Source: Gammaproteobacteria bacterium (GTDB taxonomy: Bacteria > Pseudomonadota > Gammaproteobacteria > SZUA-229). Taken from it: DNA of 64,000 bases. The notes below the pieces were generated by a model. That model saw only the letters and a list, made by a program, of their open reading frames with translations. It was not told where the DNA came from and did not search any database. The stretch is taken from positions 41-64,040 of the forward strand of contig JBFHVQ010000005.1 of assembly GCA_041589455.1 (NCBI GenBank), in the 5' to 3' direction. The position numbers and the translations under genes were made by a program. Shown piece by piece: positions 58,722-64,000 of the stretch (its first letter is position 1; each line of letters starts with the position of its first letter).

Positions 58722-61433
58722 ATGACAGATACTACTCAGCTAACTGATAATAATGACCGACTAAACGCACTTAACTCTCTCGCCTTGCTGGATACTGAAC
58801 CAGAAGAGCGTTTTGACCGTATTACTCGACTTTGCCAGCAGGTTTTTGATGTCTCTGCCTGCCTGATTAGTCTGATCGATGACTCACGACAGTGGATTAA
58901 GTCATCCCAGGGAGTATCCATCAAGGAAATCCCCCTTGATAAGTCTATCTGCAAAGATAGCATTGCCTCAGCAAGCCCTATGGTAATTACAGATCTATCT
59001 CAGCATGATAACTATTGCAACTCAAGCCTTGCCAGTGCACCTGTTAATGCCCGGTTCTATGCGGCTGTTCCGCTAAAGTTTCATGACCAGACAATCATAG
59101 GAACCCTGAGCATACTCGATACCGAGCCACGTCAAATAACACCTGATAAGGTGGCACTACTCGAAGAGTTTTCAAATCTGATTGAGGCCGAGCTTGAGCA
59201 TATCCAGGTACTGGATATCGAAAGTCAGCTTAAAACAAATGAACAGGCCCTGTTAATTGAAAATGAGCGACTGGCACTCGCCACCCACGCAGGAAATATT
59301 GGTGTCTGGGATTACAATATTCTCACCAATGAACTCAAGTGGGATGATCGCATGTTCGAATTATATGGCATCAGGCGTGATCAGTTCCCCGGGGAATATG
59401 AAGCCTGGAGCCATGCACTTCATCCAGAAGACAAAGCTCGATCAGAACAGGAATTAATGGATGCAATACAGGGTGTAAAGCCATTCAATACAGAGTTCCG
59501 AGTTATCTGGCCGAGTGGAGCCATACACTATATTCAGGCCGCAGGGAATATTATTCGTAATAGAAATGGTGAAGCTGAGCGCATGATTGGTGTTAATCAG
59601 GACATTACCAGACAGAAGAATATGGAACAGGCCATAAAACAGTTCCAGTTTATTATTCAGTCCTCAGAAGATGCGATAATCAGTAAAACACCCGATGGAA
59701 TAATCAGTAGCTGGAACCCGGCAGCAGAACGAATGCTAGGTTATAAACCTGAGGAAGTCATTGGCCAATCAATGCTGACCCTGTTTCCACAAGATAGAAT
59801 ACAGGAAGAACAACTGGTCATAAACAGGATATCAGCTGGTGATAAAGTAGAAAGTTATGAAACCATACAGCGCCGAAAAGACGGTACGCTAATTGATGTT
59901 TCTGTCACTATCTCTCCTATTTTTGATGAAGCCGGTAATGTCATCGGCGCCTCAAAAATCATGCACGACATCTCCGAACGTAAAAGATTCGACCTGATGA
60001 AAAATGAATTTATTTCAACGGTTAGTCATGAATTAAGAACACCCCTTACCTCTATTAAAGGCGCACTCGGGCTATTAATTGGCAAACATTCCAGAAATAT
60101 ACCTGATAAAGCATTCAAAATGCTAGAAATGGCAAATCGTAATGCTGAACGCCTTAGCCTACTGGTAGATGATATTCTGGATCTGGAAAAAATACAGTCC
60201 GGCGCTTTACGTCTTGATATGAAGCCTGTTGATATAATTCAGCTTGCAAAAAAAGCCTATGAAGAAAACGTTGGTTTTTCTGCTAAACACGATGCAGAAC
60301 TGGAACTCGTTATAAATACGGATTCAGCAGTTGCAATGGCAGATGAACAACGATTGATGCAGGTATTTGCCAATTTAATTTCTAACGCCATTAAGTTTTC
60401 TCCCTATGGTGAGGTTGTACAGATCATTGTTAACTGCACAGAAAGCCAGATTGAAGTTAGCATCAAGGATAATGGCCCCGGCATACCTGAAGATTTCAAA
60501 GAGCGCATATTTACACGCTTTGCGCAGGCTGATAGCTCCGATACAAAAGAGAAAAGCGGTACTGGTCTGGGCTTGAGCATATCAAAAGCCATTATCGACA
60601 AACATAAGGGAATTATTGGTTACGAGACATCCAGCCAGAATGGCACTCGTTTTTATTTTCAGTTACCGGCTCAGCATACTGCTGATGAAACAAAGCCTGA
60701 AAAACATAAACACATCAGAAAGGCACTTATATGTGAAGATAATGAGTCCATCACTGATATACTCAAGCGAATACTTAGTGAAGAAGGCATTCGGGTCGAT
60801 AGCGCACACCTTCTAAATGACGCTCGAAACTTGATTGATAAAAACCAGTACGACTTGTTAATACTGGATCTCAGTTTACCTGATGGAAATAGCATCGATC
60901 TGGTAGATAAACTTTATCAATCAGAAAAAAGTAACAAAATTCCGATCATAATTGTTTCTGCAATGGCTGATGAAGGCCGTAACCGTTATCAGGGTAATTC
61001 AGATATGATTATTGACTGGTTACAAAAGCCCATAGATACTGATCGCCTGCAAAAAAATCTCTATTTACTACAGCATCCTAAAGCCCAGATACTCCATGTG
61101 GACGACAACCTGGATATGATACAGATTACTGCTTTAATGTTTGATGATTTCTCTCAATTTAATTATGCTACCACACTGAATCAAGCAACAGAGATGCTAT
61201 CCAGTCAACATTTTGAACTCATTATTCTGGATCAGACACTACCTGATGGACATGGCACAGAATTACTCAGCATTATTCCAGAGGGCACTCCGATTATTAT
61301 TTTTAGTTCATCTGAATACAATGGTGATGATATACGAGTGAAATCCACTCTAAATAAATCGTTTGCCAATATAAAGCACCTTCGCTCCGCTGCTTTACAG
61401 GCATTATCACAGAGCCTTAAGGAGCTACATTAA
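58722..61433 (+). CDS. Cytoplasmic hybrid histidine kinase: GAF, PAS, PAS, HisKA, HATPase, REC, REC
   Basis: H-box VSHELRTPLTSI, and two receiver-like domains (LLILDLSLPDGNS, LIILDQTLPDGHG). No TM segment. Confidence 0.88.
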   Translation: MTDTTQLTDNNDRLNALNSLALLDTEPEERFDRITRLCQQVFDVSACLISLIDDSRQWIKSSQGVSIKEIPLDKSICKDSIASASPMVITDLSQHDNYCNSSLASAPVNARFYAAVPLKFHDQTIIGTLSILDTEPRQITPDKVALLEEFSNLIEAELEHIQVLDIESQLKTNEQALLIENERLALATHAGNIGVWDYNILTNELKWDDRMFELYGIRRDQFPGEYEAWSHALHPEDKARSEQELMDAIQGVKPFNTEFRVIWPSGAIHYIQAAGNIIRNRNGEAERMIGVNQDITRQKNMEQAIKQFQFIIQSSEDAIISKTPDGIISSWNPAAERMLGYKPEEVIGQSMLTLFPQDRIQEEQLVINRISAGDKVESYETIQRRKDGTLIDVSVTISPIFDEAGNVIGASKIMHDISERKRFDLMKNEFISTVSHELRTPLTSIKGALGLLIGKHSRNIPDKAFKMLEMANRNAERLSLLVDDILDLEKIQSGALRLDMKPVDIIQLAKKAYEENVGFSAKHDAELELVINTDSAVAMADEQRLMQVFANLISNAIKFSPYGEVVQIIVNCTESQIEVSIKDNGPGIPEDFKERIFTRFAQADSSDTKEKSGTGLGLSISKAIIDKHKGIIGYETSSQNGTRFYFQLPAQHTADETKPEKHKHIRKALICEDNESITDILKRILSEEGIRVDSAHLLNDARNLIDKNQYDLLILDLSLPDGNSIDLVDKLYQSEKSNKIPIIIVSAMADEGRNRYQGNSDMIIDWLQKPIDTDRLQKNLYLLQHPKAQILHVDDNLDMIQITALMFDDFSQFNYATTLNQATEMLSSQHFELIILDQTLPDGHGTELLSIIPEGTPIIIFSSSEYNGDDIRVKSTLNKSFANIKHLRSAALQALSQSLKELH

Positions 61434-63448
61434 TGACTAGCATCATTAAAGCACTCTATGTGGAAGATGATCCTGACATTCAGGAAATCACCGACATGGC
61501 CCTGAGTGATGAAGGTTTTGAGTTAACCATTTGTGGCCTTGGTAAAGAAGCACTGCTGATTGCACAAAAAGAAAACTTTGATTTGATATTACTTGATGTC
61601 ATGATGCCAGGGCTTGATGGCCCATCGACACTTAAGGAGCTCAGAAAATATAATCACCTGAAAAATACCCCCGTCATCTTTATGACCGCAAAAGTACAGC
61701 CTGCGGAAATTGAAAGCTATATGAATCTGGGGGCACTTGGTGTCATTAAAAAACCTTTTGACCCTATGATATTGGCAGACACTATTCGTGAGCTAATGTC
61801 ATTAGAAACCAAAGGCCCTGACCCAGACAGTATTGCCAGCACACTAAGTAAACTCCATACACAATTTACCCAGGCACTTCCAGAGCGTATCAATGAAATT
61901 AAAGCTAGCTGGAAAAACCTTGAACAAACAGAATTACTTACCTCGGATTTTTATCGTAATATTCATAGCCTGTCTGGTTCAGCCGCTACTTTTGGCTATA
62001 TCCGTCTGGGTGAAACTGCCATGCAACTTGAGAATACGCTCAAATCCTTCGCTGAAAACCAGACTTTCGACACACACCAGTGTAAGCAACTTCTGCATAA
62101 ACTGGAAAAGCTATCCACAGAGGGGCCTGATAAAACATTTAGCTTTGAGCCGAAAAAACTTGCACGATCTCATCATCAGCTTTCTCATGAGAACTTTCTT
62201 ATTTATCTTCTTGAAGATGATATATCCCTGGCCAATGAAACTACACAGCAGATTAGCAATTTCGGCTATAAGATAGAACCGTTTAATAATATTGAAGATA
62301 TAAAATCAGCAATCGATAAAAAGCTGCCTAATGCATTAATTATTGATATCAGCCTGAGAGAAGGACGGCAGGCTGGCTCCGATTTTGCACTGGAAATAAG
62401 CAATACCCATAAAGATGACATTACCATCATTTTTATGTCGGGGCATGATACCTGGCAAGATCGACTGAATGCCGTACGTGCAAATGGCCAGGCGTATATT
62501 TCAAAACCCGTGAACTTTGAAGAATTAACTGAGTTGCTTGATCATCTCTCGGGGCGCACTGAAGCCATACCATTCAGGGTGCTCGTTGTAGATGATACCG
62601 AACTACTTGCTGAGCACTATGCATCGGTTTTACGCACTGCTGGCATGGAAACCAGGGTGTTAACCAACCCAGAAAAAATACTTAACGTACTACCTGAGTT
62701 TCTGCCTGACCTGATACTTATGGATCTTTATATGCCCGACTGCAATGGCGTTGAGGTTTCTACCGTCATAAGACAGCACAGTGCATACACTAATCTGCCA
62801 ATTGTTTATTTATCGACGGAAGATAGCCTTCAAAAACAGCTTGACGCGTTAAAGGTAGGTGGTGATGATTTTCTGCAAAAACCCATTTCAGATGAACACC
62901 TGATTACCTCTGTCAATATTCGACTCAAACGGTTCGTACAACTTAACGAGCTCATGACGACTGATGGTCTTACCGGATTACTCAACCATATTAATCTGAA
63001 GTTAACTCTGGATAGAGAACTCACAATAGCGCACCGTCGAAATCATGAACTAGCCTTTGTCATGATTGATATCGATAACTTTAAATCCATCAATGATACC
63101 TATGGTCACCCCGTCGGTGACAGGGTAATCAAAAGTCTGGCACGCCTGTTTAAAAACCGCCTGAGAAAATCTGATATTCCAGCACGTTATGGTGGTGAAG
63201 AGTTTGCACTGATTCTCCCCGATACAAATATGCAACAGGCAAAAGCCACCATCAATGAACTACGCTCATTCTTTTCTGAACTAAGTTTCAAAGCTGACCT
63301 TGGCGACTTTAGCGCAACTTTCAGCGCCGGAATCGCATCAAGCCTGGATAATAATGATATGCAAACACTTATCAACTCAGCAGATAGTGCTTTATATGAT
63401 GCCAAGCATCAGGGACGAAACTGTGTAGTCATCTCAACAAAAAAATAA
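61433..63448 (+). CDS. Response-regulator diguanylate cyclase: REC, Hpt, REC, REC, GGDEF
   Basis: Three receiver domains, Hpt (HSLSGSAATFG), an active-site GGEEF, and an RxxD I-site (RKSD) five residues upstream. The start overlaps the kinase stop (TAATG). Confidence 0.88.
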   Translation: MTSIIKALYVEDDPDIQEITDMALSDEGFELTICGLGKEALLIAQKENFDLILLDVMMPGLDGPSTLKELRKYNHLKNTPVIFMTAKVQPAEIESYMNLGALGVIKKPFDPMILADTIRELMSLETKGPDPDSIASTLSKLHTQFTQALPERINEIKASWKNLEQTELLTSDFYRNIHSLSGSAATFGYIRLGETAMQLENTLKSFAENQTFDTHQCKQLLHKLEKLSTEGPDKTFSFEPKKLARSHHQLSHENFLIYLLEDDISLANETTQQISNFGYKIEPFNNIEDIKSAIDKKLPNALIIDISLREGRQAGSDFALEISNTHKDDITIIFMSGHDTWQDRLNAVRANGQAYISKPVNFEELTELLDHLSGRTEAIPFRVLVVDDTELLAEHYASVLRTAGMETRVLTNPEKILNVLPEFLPDLILMDLYMPDCNGVEVSTVIRQHSAYTNLPIVYLSTEDSLQKQLDALKVGGDDFLQKPISDEHLITSVNIRLKRFVQLNELMTTDGLTGLLNHINLKLTLDRELTIAHRRNHELAFVMIDIDNFKSINDTYGHPVGDRVIKSLARLFKNRLRKSDIPARYGGEEFALILPDTNMQQAKATINELRSFFSELSFKADLGDFSATFSAGIASSLDNNDMQTLINSADSALYDAKHQGRNCVVISTKK

Positions 63449-63588
63449 CATACTGGCCACCTCACATGATTCGCACTCTCTAATTAGTAGCAATGTTAAG
63501 CTTTTGTGATAAATCGGTGATTTCTATTTGAGATTTACAGGTCACCCTGTTCCTACGGTAACACTTAAATAACCAAAGGAACTTCATC

Positions 63589-64000
63589 ATGAAAAAACTG
63601 CTTCTTGCCGCGTCTCTTTTATCTTCCAGTACATTAATGGCTGGTGATTTAAGTCTGCAATTTACCAATCTGACCCATGGTAGCCATTTTACTCCACTGA
63701 TTGTTGCCGCACATAACACTGGCCATTTATTTGAGATTGGCACGCCGGCAACCGCCAGCTTGCAGGCAATGGCAGAAGGCGGTGATATTTCAGGCCTGGT
63801 AAGCGATATGACAGCCCTTAGTGCAGATATTGTCGAAAACCCGGCAGCGGGTTTGATGGCACCTGGTCAGAGTATCAGTTTCGATATGACAGTCGACAAC
63901 TCCAATAGCTATTTATCAATCACTACCATGATACTTCCAACCAATGATGGTTTTGTCGGACTGGATGCATTACCGATCCCCGAGAAAAAGGGAACCTACA
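63589..64000 (+). CDS. Secreted spondin_N-like domain protein (5-prime part; runs off the window)
   Basis: The ORF is not in the track because it is open at the window edge. It reads MKKLLLAASLLSSSTLMA-GDLSLQFTNLTHGSHFTPLIVAAHN...LPTNDGFVGLD, which matches my recollection of bacterial spondin N-terminal domain proteins. Confidence 0.6.
   Translation, partial: MKKLLLAASLLSSSTLMAGDLSLQFTNLTHGSHFTPLIVAAHNTGHLFEIGTPATASLQAMAEGGDISGLVSDMTALSADIVENPAAGLMAPGQSISFDMTVDNSNSYLSITTMILPTNDGFVGLDALPIPEKKGTY

Noticed and set aside
63480-63743. 87-aa minus-strand ORF
   Set aside because: It overlaps, in antisense, the signal-peptide region of the much better supported spondin-like ORF.

Overview
Read by eye from the sequence and ORF track. 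No similarity search, HMM scan, RNA folding or composition calculation was run. The window looks like a chromosomal segment of a gammaproteobacterium. The taxon cannot be fixed from here, but several blocks share gene order with Pseudomonas: rpsF-rpsR-rplI-dnaB-alr, rne divergent from rluC-HAD-sppA, and cysM-rlmD. Confident housekeeping calls are dbpA, alaA, a class I DAHP synthase, rlmD, cysM, pdxJ, alr, dnaB, rplI, rpsR, rpsF, cysS, ppk2, rne, rluC and sppA. I saw no rRNA, tRNA, CRISPR array, transposase, integrase, or recognisable phage or defence genes. The notable feature is a very high density of signal-transduction genes between the housekeeping blocks. These include three hybrid histidine kinases, a REC-Hpt-REC-REC-GGDEF protein, and a degenerate-GGDEF/EAL plus HD-GYP pair. 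There are also two CHASE2 receptors (one adenylate-cyclase output, one Ser/Thr-kinase output), a PP2C phosphatase, a tandem-FHA protein, a sensor-less sigma-54 activator, MarR and an LMW-PTP. Candidate undescribed systems, all inference, ranked: (1) CHASE2-Ser/Thr kinase / PP2C / double-FHA operon with a trailing Cys-rich ORF (49.8-54.5 kb). (2) CHASE2 adenylate cyclase, then a consensus CRP site, then an HD-domain protein with cyclic-nucleotide-PDE-like motifs (21.5-24.8 kb). (3) TonB-dependent receptor / PF04392-like periplasmic binding protein / hybrid kinase with Hpt (14.4-20.5 kb). (4) Secreted three-heme cytochrome plus small membrane protein, convergent with an operon for a His-tailed DsbD_2-like membrane protein and a domain-less sigma-54 activator (55.2-58.4 kb). 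(5) Translationally coupled GAF-PAS-PAS-HK-REC-REC and REC-Hpt-REC-REC-GGDEF genes (58.7-63.4 kb). Smaller oddities are a 2-hydroxyacid-dehydrogenase mini-protein lacking its NAD domain, a strong promoter with a 23-bp palindromic operator ahead of a Cys-rich 62-aa ORF, an intergenic repeat family, a 9-bp x5 tandem repeat at the 5-prime end of an AT-rich orphan gene, and collagen-like and spondin-like secreted proteins. Nothing here is proven novel. Each claim needs the database or experimental checks listed with it.
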